Positions 1-12,850 of a DNA stretch of 64,000 nt are shown piece by piece. The notes beneath the pieces were generated by a model. The model saw nothing but the letters and a program-made list of their open reading frames with translations, had not been told where the DNA came from and ran no database searches. Source of the DNA: Carcharhinus amblyrhynchos (taxonomy: Eukaryota). Positions within the stretch are counted from its first letter, which is position 1, and each line of letters begins with the position of its first letter. The translations under genes were made by a program, and so were the position numbers. The stretch spans positions 83,204,001-83,268,000 of the forward strand of contig OZ336878.1 of assembly GCA_965287045.1 (NCBI GenBank), written 5' to 3'.

Positions 1-75
1 GGTTGGTGCTGACTTGATGGGCTGAAGGGCCTGTTTCTGCACTGTAGGGTCCTATGTTCTATGTTCTGTGCTGCC

Positions 76-352
76 ATCTAGAAGGACTAGGGTAACAAAT
101 ACATAGGGACACCACCACTTGCAAGTTCCCCTCCAAGCCACACATCATCCTAATCTATAAATATATCAATGTTCCTTCACTGTCGCTGGTTCAAAATCCT
201 GAACGCTCCCTACCACCACTGTGGGTGTACCTACATCACATGGGCTGCAGTGATTCAAGAAGGCAGCTCAGTACCAAATTCTCAAGGGCATTTAGGGATG
301 GCAATAAATGGTGGCCTAGCCTGTGATGTCCACATCCCATAAACTTTTTTTT
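76..352 (+). mobile_element. 3' end of a LINE ending in the gggatgggcaataaatg...cacatcccat tail
   Basis: Same tail at about 45340-45605 and 53180-53505. Confidence 0.7.
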
Positions 353-670
353 AAATGGTTTCTGACACAAACGCATCAATTTTCTGCATTGAATTTCATG
401 TATCATGTGATCACCCATTGCACTAGCATGTTTTTGTGCTCTTAGTAGCATCTTTACTGTTCACAGTACTTCCAAGTTTTATGTCATTTACAGATATTGA
501 AATTGTGCCCTGCTCACCCCAGTCTATGTCAGTAATATAGATCAGGAAAACTGTGGTGCAGCTCCTGGGGAACTCCACAGTGTACCTTCTTTTATGACTC
601 ACATGAGTTGAATGTAAAGGCTATGTCCATATGACAGAAGATAATGGTGTTGCTTATGTTTGTCTTTTAG

Positions 671-837
671 AACAGAAACATGACGACGCAGTGGTGTTTC
701 TCTACCTGTGGATCGCTTGTTTGTTGGTCAGCTCCTGTTACACTCTCACCTGGGACCTGAAGATGGACTGGGGTCTCTTTGACAAAAATGCTGGAGAGAA
801 TACCTTCCTGCGTGAGGAGATTGTGTACCCTCAGAAA
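671..837 (+). CDS. XPR1: XPR1 (SLC53A1) internal coding exon, EXS domain
   Basis: Acceptor tcttttag|, donor |gtatgt. Encodes (E)[55 protein letters not shown], matching the XPR1 [11 protein letters not shown]...[11 protein letters not shown] motif. Upstream exons are outside the window. Confidence 0.95.
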
Positions 838-1309
838 GTATGTGTTTGAACCATTCCAAGCATTGCTCATTCTGGCTTCTGGGTTAGTAGAAACCTGGGC
901 CAACAATATTGTGGAACATGGTGTACAGACTAATATGTAGCTAGGTATTTCCAAACATTTATCAAGATCCAAATTAATATGGGCGACTCTTAGTGGGAAG
1001 TGTACCTGTATACACAGGAGGGTATTTTTGGCTGTGATACACCTCCACATGATGAGTAAGTTGTCTGATGCTCTCCTCCTTCCTGGCATCACAGTTGCCA
1101 AAGGTTAGCTTTTGTATCTTGACAGGAGTCCGTGCCTTGAAGGTGGAGAGAAAACCGGGGAACAGATCAGCAGAAGTCAAGGACATTATCTTTAGGCAAA
1201 TATTGGCACTTTAATGTTGGAACAGAGACTTTCCACAGTTGAGATGTGTTTCGCCTTTCCACTGTTTACTGTGCTCTTAACTTAATCCTTCCAGTGGTAA
1301 TTAGACACT

Positions 1310-1560
1310 CCAGCCCTTCTACATGGATAATGTGTCTGAAGAACTCCGTTTATTTTCTTTTGATTTTATTTGGAATTCTCTTGCTTTATCTGTCTCATTC
1401 AGTACATCTTCATTAATCATTTTCACCAGCCAACTTATCCTTAGGATCATTCTTATGCACCACATTTCGAAGCTCTTGATTTTCTTTCCTAATGCTCTAA
1501 GCTTCACATCCGTAACTCATTACTGACTAGACATAGTGTTTTAGCGCACAAATTCTCATT
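1310..1560 (-). mobile_element. Degenerate RTE-type LINE fragment
   Basis: Minus ORF KIKSFEMWCIRMILRISWLVKMINEDVL resembles the RTE post-RT motif FEMWCxRRxLRISW...NEEVL. Confidence 0.6.
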
Positions 1561-3973
1561 TCAAAGTTCTGTATTATGCCCTCATATTGCCTGCAATTAA
1601 GAAGCTGGACCACTTCTGCTTAATATATATTGTGCCCTCATAGGAATGAGACACCCATCCCTGGGCTGCAATTTCGACCCTAAGCTGTGTAACACTTATG
1701 GATTGTCATCCATTTCCCAGTCTCTCGTCAGAATATCTACCTGGAACCAGTTGAAAGACCGTTTTTTCCCTCATGCATATTTTGCGCATCAATGTTCCCC
1801 CACACTATCTGCCAGTGTGCACACTCTGAAAGCACCGACAACAGTAGCCCTTTCACTTTTCCCGACCTCCCTCTGCTCTGTTGTTATCCACACAGTGTGC
1901 GAGGTCATCTTTAGAAAGAACAAGGCAAAGTCATGTCTTCCATTAGACCATAATACAACCATTGAGGTATGATTGTGTTGAACCTCCAGATCTCTTTCAG
2001 AGCCCATAACCAGGTACCTCTCCGGCAGCATTATGAAACTTTACTATCTTCAATCTGGTCTCTTGCGCAAACCCAATTTTCATCGCTCTGCCATTGGTGG
2101 CTGTGTCTTAGCTGCTTAGGCACCAGGAACTACAATTCCTCCCTTAATCTGCTCCTCCTCTCTACCTCTGCTCTCAGATTATGGTGTTCCTTAAAATCTG
2201 CCTGCTTGATCATGCTTTTGATCACCTGACCTATCTTCTTGCATAGCTTGCAATGTTAATTCTAAACTGCGCAACTGTGCAACAACCCAGAAGACCTTGC
2301 ACAAGCCAAGCATAAATTGATTTTTCTAATTTACCGTGTCTGCATATCCTCTCAAAACAAAATAATTAGAGGGAACATTGGTAGTTTGGTGTGAAATTTT
2401 GATCAGTTGCCTCTTGTAATGTCTTACTGCATTAAGGGCATTATATTATTGCAAGATGTTGATATTAGCTTCAGTTTACCAAACATTGCTTCATAATACA
2501 GTAAGCGTAGTTGTGGTGGCATTCCTGTAGTTCACATCTCATGGGTTCCTATAGAAATTAATGTTAAAGCTGGAGTTAGGTTCCTTCATACATTTCTTGC
2601 CTGTAAAAAAGCAATGTACAAGTTGAAATACTGTACCATACATGCAGCACTGCGCATCCTAGCTAGAATATGAAATAAATCACTGAATATAAAAGAAATA
2701 CTATATACATTTAAATTAGATAACACAAAATCACCCAAAAAAGACCTGAACATTACAGCTTCTGTGTCTCACCCAGAGCACTCCTGAAACTTGCTTAACT
2801 TTTTGTTTGCTTTTCTTTCCCACTCTGCTTTTACCTCGCTCCATAAGAACTGGAACTGTAGTAGGCCATTCAGCCTTTTGAGCCTGCTCCGCCATTTAGT
2901 AAGACCATGGCTGCTAACACTCATTAAGCCCACTTTCCTGCCTCCTCTTTGTAATACTTAATTCCTCTCTTTTTTCACTCTGCATGTATGTCTGTGTCTC
3001 TCCTTTCCCACTCTCTGCGGGTGTTTTGTGGGGGTGGGGGGCAGGGAGAGGTGAGAAGTAGCTTGAAGCCCTTGATTCTCCCTCTCTCCTAGATTATTCT
3101 CAGTTCATCACATGATCAGTGGCCAGCAGCTTTCTGTCCCTGCTCTTGAATCCAGTTCCTGGATCTCAAGGCTCAGTCTCCCAGCAGCTTGGGATTCTGG
3201 TGCCTATGGCATTAGTACATGACCGTAGGGTGGGTACAGTCAGAGTTCAGACAACATAAATGTAAAAATAGTGGCATGAATCAATAACAGGGCCCTAGAG
3301 ACTAAACATTAAAGTGAAATGACTAAGTGGGATGACTTAGTGAAGAATTTCTGTATATGAATCACCCCAGATTCAAGCTTGGTTGAAGTTTCCTGAAGCC
3401 AACACCAGGTTGGATGTAGTAATAGCCTTCATGATATATAGATTGAGAGGCAAAATTTTCAATGCAACATCTTTGATGTCGATCAAATTCTCAGTTGTAG
3501 TTATTATTACATAATAAGTACAAGATTGTTGAATGTATTGCTGTCACACCTTGTTGCCAGCTTCCTTTGTCCCACCATTGGTGGTCATATTTTGAGTTGT
3601 GAAGGCCCGAAGCTCTGGAATTGTCTACGTAAACCTCTCCACCTGCCACTCTTCCTTTATATGCTCCTTTAACCATACCTCTTTAGCCAATCTTTCTATC
3701 ATAACATCAGTTTATGTTGTTTAATATCACATTTGTTTTGACAATGCTTCAATGGAAATGCTTTGGAATGTTTTAATATATCAAAGCTGCTAAAATGGAA
3801 GTTTTTGTTGGTTATTAAGAAACATTTTGAGAGGACTATGAGTAAGCTCTCTGCTACTGGTTTACTCAAGCTTGGAAGAAAAGGAAAGGAAATTGGTTTG
3901 TTCAGACTTGCACTTATATCCCATTACAACCTGAAAGTGTACTGAGGAATTGATATTTTTCTTTTATTTACAG

Positions 3974-4113
3974 AGTTATTACTACTGTGCCATAGTAGAG
4001 GATGTCATCCTGCGATTTGCTTGGACTGTGCAGATTTCCATCACCTCAATGAGCACTTTTGCTTCAGCAGGAGACATAATTTCCACTGTGCTGGCCCCAT
4101 TGGAAGTCTTCCG
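3974..4113 (+). CDS. XPR1: XPR1 internal coding exon
   Basis: Acceptor tttatttacag|, donor cg|gtaaca. Encodes [46 protein letters not shown](R), in phase with both neighbours. Not in the ORF track. Confidence 0.95.
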
Positions 4114-4719
4114 GTAACATAATTTAAAACCTTGTGATGAATAAATTGATGCTCGGTTAGGTGTGGAAGTGATATGGACAATAGCGATAATATTGATTAA
4201 ATTCAGTGTAGAACAGGGTGATCCCTAGCCTGCTGCAGCCTGGAAGGGTGCCAGATTAAGGATATTATGTGAGAGTAGAAAGCCTTTTTTCTTTTGCAAC
4301 TATTCTAGAATTTTGCATCCAAAGCAGATTTTTAAAACCCACCAAATCCATGAGATGTCGGAGTTGAATGTCAGAAGTAAGGATGGAGAGCAAGAGTAGG
4401 TGGGTTAGAGTAGGCAGCTTCAGATGGAGCAGAGTTCTTGTGTTCTTGTCCTACAAAATGGTTTGGCAGCACAGTGAGGATCCTGTCTGAGGTAGTTTCA
4501 TGCAGCATTATATCCCAGAGCCAACACGGACAGGCCGTGAACCAGATTTATTTAATAGCCTAACTGCAAAAAGGTTTATCTAACAGCAAACATAATGCAA
4601 TCAATGAAATGTTTGAAAAAAAACTCAAAACAGCTACGAAGATTCTAGATTTAGATACGGCTGGCTTCAATGGAATGAGACATAGACTGTCCACTGTAAA
4701 CTAGGAAAATCTGTTAATT

Positions 4720-6400
4720 GTTAAAATGACGGATTAATGGGAGGGGTTTTAAAAAAATAATATGATGCAGAACCAGCAAGAGATTTACTTGTCAAAAGCA
4801 GCCATGAGCAACTAAAGAGCTAAGAGCAATATAAAATGAAAAGGTAGATCATGCACTTTTTTTAAAACCACAACCTGGCAACTGGGGAAGATGCAAAGGG
4901 AACTATAGATGACCAAACTTATTTGAAGAACTGCAGAAAGGGTGTATGAAGAGAAACTTGCAAGCAATATCAGAATTAAAACGATTTTACTATTAGGTTA
5001 TTAAAGTGCGGTCAGGAGCAATGTGGTCCCTTCAAAAACTGATATTGGTGAATTTTGTCAAAGAAAAGGGAATGCTGGTCATGTTGAATACTTTGCATCA
5101 TTACTTACAGTGGAGGAAGATGTCAACTGGCCATTCCAATGAAACTAATATTGAGTTAGGGATGAAAACTCACCAAGATTAACTTAAACAAAATAACAAT
5201 AATTTTAAAAATGACACTAGTGAGTAATAAATCCCTAGGACCATATAGTTTCCGTCCTAGGATGTTAAAGGAAATAGTTGAGAATACTGCAGATGCTCTG
5301 ACTATGTAATCTTCCAAAGCTTTCTCAGGTAAAGTCAGGGAATTATAGACCCGTTAGAATAATATCTGGAATCAGGAAATTACTAGAGTCTACAATTAAG
5401 GAATACCTTGAAAACTTGCAGCTGATCAAGAAGAGACAACATGATTCACAAAGGGAGGAATCTGATTGAGCTTATTTTGAAGAGGTGTCTAAAGGAGTGA
5501 ACATGCAATGCCCATGGATGATATTTATATGGAATTCCAGATGGAATTTGATAAATCCCTCAGTAGAGACTATTAACAAAAATTGATGCTCATGGAATTG
5601 AAGCCAAATTAATAAACTGATAAGGAAATTGACTCAGCAGCAGGAGATTGGAATAACGCATTAATTAGCAAGCTGTGACTAGTGTCCTGTAAGGATATGT
5701 GTTGGGACCTCAACTATTCATCGTCTTAATTAACAACTTAAATGTTTGGATTAAAAAGTCATGTATCCAATATTAAAAAGCCACATATCCAATTTTTTTG
5801 ATGACACAAAGATAGGCAGCATTGTAAACAACATAGATGGAAACACAGAATTACAAAGCAATATTACAGATTAAATGACTGGGACCAATTGATTTCAATA
5901 AAGTCAAATGTGAGGCCATTCACTTTGGATCTAAAAAGAATAGAACAGAGTACTTTACAGATGGCAAAAGAAAAGAAACAATAGAGCCCAAGGAACTGAT
6001 CAAAAAGGCTAATGGAATGCTGGTCTTTATATCTAGAGTACTTGAATACAAGAGGGTAGACATTGTGCTTCAGTTATACACAGCCTTTGTTACACACATG
6101 TGGAACACTGAATAATTGTGGGAGGGGAATACAGCATAGATTTATTAGAGTAATATGTAGGTTAAATCATGAGGAGAGATGACACAAACTGGAGATGTGT
6201 TCCCTGGACTTCAGAAGGTTTTGGATGATTTGATACTAGATCAATTCGTTTTAGAAGTGGGTTTGATTTATATTTGTAAACCAAAGATATTAAGGGATAA
6301 CAGACAGAGACAGGAAGATGGAGTTAGATCACAGATCAACCATAACTTCACTGAATTGCAGATCAAGTTCAAGGGACTTAATTGCCTACCCGTGTTTCAA
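4720..6400 (+). mobile_element. Highly decayed CR1 LINE (RT region and tail)
   Basis: Remnants of KSPGPD, GNYRP, VLGPQLF, DDTKIG and a CR1 3' UTR, with many stops and indels. Confidence 0.75.
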
Positions 6401-7163
6401 TCTTCCTTGGTCAGATGTGCCAGGAATTGTCAAATATCTCAATATGTACATGCTAGTTTACCATAGATAGACCGTGCATGAGGTGGCTGTTTTATTGGGG
6501 CTGTTTTGTGGCTGAGAAACCATCAGGACTCTGGTAATGAGGGCATTGAAAACCCAGTCTTGTCAACAAGGATTCAGTGCTCTTGGGTAGAGTTGGAAAT
6601 TTGTGTTGGTAGTTAAGGGGGAGCTGGGAAGAAAAATAGTCAGGAGTAAAAAGGAGAATTGAGGCCTTGAGAAGGATGTAGTGGAAAGAAAAATTATGAG
6701 GACATGATGGGAAAGCCCTAATGGCAATGGAGATCCTGGAAGTGAGCATTTACGATGTTGATGTTGAAGGTGATGACCAGTTACGTGATTTTGATGTTTT
6801 TGTAGACAATAGCTTTGGAAGAAGAATGCAGAAATGGGAACAGACAAAGCAAGGTTGGGTTCCACTGGTGGATGGAGTACACTCAATCTCCCAATATATT
6901 ACAAAAAAAACTTCTTAATGTAAAAATAAAAAGCATTGTGCCCAGTCCCTGAAGAATAAGCAAAAAAGGCCTGGAGAATAAAGCTGCTAGCAGACATTTT
7001 GTGTTAAAAGGAAGCCAGAATTTGTTAAAACTCATAAGTACACTAAGTGCTCGCACCCTTAGATTGGCTTGCAACAGCAACCAGTATAATGTCGAACTGT
7101 TTATGAACAGGTTGGTGTATACTGCAAGCTAAAACATTTCTCCTCTGCTGAGTTATCACAATA

Positions 7164-7505
7164 GGGTGGCATGGTAGCACAGTGGTTAGCACGGCTGCTT
7201 CACAGCTCCAGGGATCTGGGTTCAATTCCTGGCTTGGGTCACTATCTGTGTGGAGTTTGCACATTCTCCTCGTGTCTGCATGAGTTTCCTCCGGGTGCTC
7301 CGGTTTCCTCCCACAGTCCAAAGATGTTCTGGTTAGGTTGATTGGCCATGTTAAAATTGCCCTTAGTGTCCTGAGATACGTAGGTTAGAGGGATTAGTGG
7401 GGATGTAAATATGTAGGGATATGGGGATAGGGACTGGGTGGGATTGTGGTCGGTGCAGACTCGATGGGCTGAATGGCCTCTTTCTGTACTATAGGGTTTC
7501 TATGA
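7164..7505 (+). mobile_element. Full-length tRNA-derived V-SINE (HE1-like)
   Basis: A box (tggtagcacagtgg), B box (ggttcaattcc), V domain (ggtttcctccgggtgctccggtttcctcccacagtccaaagatg) and a CR1-like tail. Confidence 0.9.
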
Positions 7506-7688
7506 TAATAGAGTAGAGTGAGCCAGCTTATGGACAATTTTTAAGGATTTTAGTCTCTGCAGCTAGCTGCATTTAAGACTTGGCTCAAACATTTGAGCAA
7601 ACACATGAGTCACTTCATAGTACTTTGCATTTTGTGGTTGCCATCACCACACTGCTGCTCACTAATACTGAATTGTGTTTCACTACAG

Positions 7689-7898
7689 CCGGTTTGTGTG
7701 GAATTTCTTCCGTCTGGAGAACGAACACCTGAACAACTGTGGTGAATTCCGTGCCGTACGTGATATCTCGGTGGCACCCCTCAATGCCGATGACCAGACT
7801 GTGCTGGAGCAGATGATGGACCTTGAGGATGGAGTGCGAAATCGCCAAAAAAGCAGAGTGTGGAAACGCACTTATAGCATCTCTCTGCGTAAAACATT
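7689..7898 (+). CDS. XPR1: XPR1 penultimate coding exon
   Basis: Acceptor ctacag|. Encodes [69 protein letters not shown](L). Donor tt|gtacgt gives the phase-2 junction needed by the last exon; the donor is less certain than the acceptor. Confidence 0.9.
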
Positions 7899-10026
7899 GT
7901 ACGTATTGATTTCAAGGGATTCACTCTCAGGTTGCACAGTAACTGCAGCACCGAGAGAACTCGGAAGGGAAAGAATAACACTTTTACAGAACATGCTAAA
8001 CAACAAATTAACTTAGTTGTTCTGCACCTTTCTCTACCTCAGCTAGTGTTTTCCAGCCAATTAAAGCAATCACTGTTGTGACATAGAAGATGCAGCAAAC
8101 CGTTTGTACACAGCAATAACTTGCAAATAATCTTTGTTAGTGCTGCTGACAAATTTTGGTCATGTCTCAGGGAGAACTGAAATCACACTAGCCCCATGAT
8201 CGCCTTTTAGGTTTAATCCCACTTCCCAAAAGGTGCTGTCCCTGGCTGCAGTGAAATACACTGTACTCCATTCACAAATAGCTTGCCTCCCAGATAGCAT
8301 GCACTATGATAAAGGAACTTTCTTTATCATTGCAATGTTTGAAGATTAGGAGAGGGTGGGAAATCAAGAGACAGGAAAGCAGCAGTTGGACGGGATGGTG
8401 CACAATTGAAGGGAGACTACCATCCCATTCCATCTGATGGGGGCTGTCAGTGTAAGGATGGAAAATTGATAGCCCTGGAGACTAAGTCTTTGACTTCTCC
8501 ATAGCTACTTCATCTGGCTGCACAAATCATATTTCTGTGCAACAACATGTCCCATATCTTCAACCTTACTGCACTCCCGTCAGCTCTGTCCTTCCCAAGC
8601 CCTTCAGCTTCCCAGACTCGCAGTAAATGAACTTCATTCATTTAATTTGAAATCTTTGTGGCCTTGTTCAGCTGGCCATTTCCACATTCTGACTCCAGGT
8701 TACTCCTTGTTATTGTCACTTTTCAAAGTACTGTGTCTTTGCCTGCGGTACTCCTTACTATGATCCTCTGCTTTCTTTCTCCTAAATATTTGCTTTAAAA
8801 CTCAAGGGTTGAAATTTTCCTGTCCTGTGCACTACTGGAATCACAGCAGGCAGGGGTGGACCGTGCAATTTCTGTTGACCTTGGGTGGGAATTTCCCTCG
8901 CCTTGGGGTGAGTGTGGCCAGAAAATCCTGTCCAATGACTTCTCTGTCATGAAAAATTGAGATCATCTGGTCAGCTGCCTCTGCCACTTCCTTGCATCCC
9001 CTTGGCCAACCAAGCTGGAAGTCCTCTTCTAAGGATCCATCCCTTTCCTAGCCCTGAACTTGCATCCTTTCTTTCTCTCCTATCTCTGCTCATACCCTCT
9101 CCAAACTCACCTCCCGCTCCCTCCAACTATTCCCACTAAACGGTTGACCACCCAGCTCCTCCTTGTTAGCCGATACTGTAAGTAGCACTCTGTTCATGGC
9201 TTGTCCTGCAAATCTGCTGTCTTCACCTCTCTCAAAAAACACCCCATGATTATCCTCCATCCTTGTGAACGTTAGCCCTATCTCCAACTGTCTTTTCTCT
9301 CAAGCCCTTTAATGTGCAGTCACCTCCCAAATACATGTTTGTCTTTATATTTGAGTTCTTCCAATCAATTGAGTCCCCCCTGTCAAAGTACCAAAACAGC
9401 TCTCAGCAAAGTCACAAATGATACCCTATGTAACTGTGACAAAGGCAACTTATCCCTCTTTTTTGATCTGTCTGGAGCCTTTCACCACACCATCCTCCTC
9501 TAACTCTGTTCCATCGTCGTGCAGCTGAGTGGACCTTCACTTGCCTGGTTCCACTCTTCTTCATCTAACCAGAAAAAGAGTATCAGTTGCAGTTGCTTTT
9601 CTTCCTGCTCCCACACCAGTGTCCCCCAGGAATCAATCCTTGGCTCCTTCTATTTCTCATCTACAGTACAGGCTGCAACTCAACAGTAACATCTGAAAAC
9701 CCAGCATTAGCTTTCAAATGTACGACAACTGGCTCAACCTCACCACTGCCCCTCTTGACCTCTCCATTGTCAAAATTGTCAAACTACTGGTTTAACACTG
9801 GATTAGCAGGAATTTCCTCTTCCACCATCTTTTCCCACTGCACTTGAAACTCAATCCCTTGACACCAACACTTTCCTTCTCCTTGGTTATTGTCTGAATC
9901 AGATTGCTCATAATCTTGATATTTGATCCTGAGAAGAACTATTAATCAAATATTCATACCATCAATCCATAAGACCACCTATTTCCACATTTGCTTCAAC
10001 TTTTCAACATCTGAAGTCCTCTTTGT

Positions 10027-10302
10027 TTGAAGTTTATTAGTGTCACAATAAACTTATATTAACACTGTAATGAAGTTACTGTGAAAATCCCCTAGCCGCC
10101 ACACTCTGATACCTGTTCGGGTACACTGAGGGACAATTTAGCATGGCCAGTGCACCTAACCAGCACGTCTTTCGGACTGTGGGATGAAACCGGAGCACCT
10201 GGAGGAAACCCGCATGGACACAGGGAGAACATGGAGACTCTGCACTGACAGTGACCCAAGCCGGGAATCGAACCCGGGTCCCTGACGCTGTGAAGCAGCA
10301 GT
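10027..10302 (-). mobile_element. V-SINE with an alternative 3' tail
   Basis: Reverse complement shows a tRNA head with B box (ggttcgattcc), the V domain and a tail ending ...ctaataaacttcaaac. Confidence 0.85.
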
Positions 10303-10359
10303 TCGAAGCCTGTAAACATGATATTCCAACGCAATGCAAAGATGCTTCAGTGTGATTTG

Positions 10360-12850
10360 GACAGGCTTTGTGTGTGGGCATGTGCACGGCAGATGCAGCA
10401 TAATGTGGATAATGTGAGGCTATCTGCTTTGGTAATGATAATAGGAAAACAGATTGCTACTTGAATGGGTGTAAATTGAAAGAGGTGGATACTCAGCGAG
10501 ACCTTGAAGTCCTTGTGCATCAGATGCTGAAAGTAAGTGCACAGTTATAGCAGGCAGCAAAGAAGGCAATGGTACGTTGGACTTCATATATTGAGTATAA
10601 GGATAGGGATGCTTTGCTGCAATTGTACAGGCATTGGTGCAGTCGCACCTTGACTATTTTGTGCAGTTTTGGTGTCCTTATTTGAGGAAGGATGTCCTTG
10701 CTATAGAGGAGGTACAGCGAAGGTTTACCAGGCTGATATCTGGGATGGTAGGTCTGTCATATGAGGAGGGACTAAGTCGGTTAGGATTATATTCACTGGA
10801 GTTCAGAAGAGTGAAAAGGGATCTCATAGAAACTTTTAAAATTCTAACGGGGTTAGACAAGGTAGATTCAGAAAAAATGTTCCTAATGGTGGGGGAGTCC
10901 AAAACTAGGGGTCATACTTTGTGGATAAGGGGTAAACCTTTTAGAACTGAGGGGAGGAGAAATTCCTTCAGCCAGAGCCATAGGGGTTTACAGCATGGAA
11001 ACAGGCCCTTCGGCCCAACTTGTCCATGCTGCCCTTTTTTTAATCCCTAAACTAATCCCAGTTGCCTGCGTTTGGCCCATACCCATCGTACCCATGTAAC
11101 TATCTAAATGCTTTTTAAAAGATAAAATTGTACCCGCCTCTACTACTACTTCTGGCAGCTTGTTCCAGACACTCACTGCCCTCTGTGTGAAAAAATTGCC
11201 TCTCTGGACACTTTTGTATCTCTATCCTCTTGCACTAAACCTATGCCTTCTAGTTTTAGACTCCCTTACCTTTGGGAAAAGATATTGACTACCTACCTTG
11301 TCTATGTCCCTCATTATTTTGTAGACCTCTATAAGTTCACCCCTCAGTCTCCTACTGTCCAGAGAAAAAAGTCCCAGTCTATTCAGCCACTCCTTATAGC
11401 TCAATCCATCGAGTCCCGGTAGCATCTTAGTAAATCTTTTCTGCATTCTTTCTAATTTAATAATATCCTTCCTATAATAGGGTGACCAGAATTGCATACA
11501 GTATTCCAAATGTGTCCTTACCAATGTTTTGTACAACTTCAACAAGATGTCCCAACTCCTGTATTCAATGTTCTGACTGATGAAACCAAGCATGCCGAAT
11601 GCCTTCTTCACCACTGTCCACCTCTGACTCCACTTTCAAGGAACTATGAACATGTACCCCTAGATCTATTTGGTCTGTAACTCTTTCCAGTGCCCTAACA
11701 TTAACTGAGTAAGCCCTGCCCTGGTTGAATCTACCAAAATGCATTTGTCTAAATTAAACTCCATCTGCCATTTGTCAGCCCACTGGCCCAATTGATCAAG
11801 ATCCCATTGCAATTGGAGATAATTGTCTTCCTCACTGTCCACCATGCCACCAATCTTGGTGACATCTGCAAATTTACTAACCATGCCTCCTATATTCTCA
11901 TCCAAATCATTAATATAAATGACAAATAACAGTGGGCCCAGCACAGATTGCTGAGGCACACCGCTGGTCACAGGCCCCCAGTTTGAAAAACAATTCTCTA
12001 CAACCACCCTCTGGTTTCTGCCAAGAAGCCAATTTTGTATCCATTTAGATACCTCACCCTGGATCCCATGAGATTTAACTTTATGCAACAACCTACCATG
12101 CGGTACCTTGTCAAAGGCCTTGCTGAAATCCATGTAGACAACATCAACTGCACTGCCCTCATCTACCTTCTTGGTTACCCCTTCAAAAAACTCAATTAAA
12201 TTTGCGAGACATGATTTTTCACTCAAAAAGCCATGCTGACTGTCCTTAATCAGTCCTTGCATCTCTAAATGCCTGCAGATCCTGTCTCTCAAAATACCTT
12301 CCAACAATTTACCCACCACAGATGTGAGGCTCACTGGCCTGTAGTTCCCAGGCTTTTCCCTGCGGCCCTTTTTAAACAAAGGCACAACATTTACCACTCT
12401 CCAATCTTCAGGCATCTCACCCGTGACTATCGATGATTCAGATATCTCAGCTAGGGGACCCGTAATTTCCTCCCTCGCCTCCCACAACGTCCTGGGATAT
12501 ATCTCATCAGGTCCCGTAGATTTATCTACCTTGATGCGCTTTAAGACTTCCAGCACCACCACCTCTGTAATATGTACACTCCTCAAGACATCAGTGTTTA
12601 ATCCCCAAGTTCCTTAACATCCAGAGGGTGGTGAATGTGTGAAATTCACTATCACAGAATGTAGTTCAGGCCAAAACATTGTCTGATTTCAAGAAGAAAT
12701 TAGATGTAACTCTTGGAGCTAGAGGAATCAAGAGATATGGGGAGAAGGGGAGATGAGGATATTGAATTCGATGATCAGCCATGATCAGAATAAATGGCAG
12801 AGCAGGCTTGAAGCACCAAATGGTCTACTCCTGCTTCTAGTTTCTATGTT
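10360..12850 (+). mobile_element. CR1 3' fragment split by an antisense CR1
   Basis: ORF 10634-11050 encodes the ORF2 C-terminus, which resumes at 12621 (ccagagggtggtgaat). Confidence 0.85.
10978..12620 (-). mobile_element. 5'-truncated CR1 with RT domain and 6-bp target-site duplication CCAGAG
   Basis: Minus ORFs 11666-12586, 11222-11614 and 10988-11176. CCAGAG at 10972-10977 and 12621-12626. Catalytic FADD reads FADV. Confidence 0.9.

Noticed and set aside
667-1101. 144-aa minus-strand ORF
   Set aside because: Antisense overlap of an XPR1 exon and intron with no recognisable protein features.
7164-7240. tRNA genes suggested by A/B boxes here and at about 10.3, 29.6, 41.0 and 59.3 kb
   Set aside because: Each continues into a SINE V domain; these are SINE heads.
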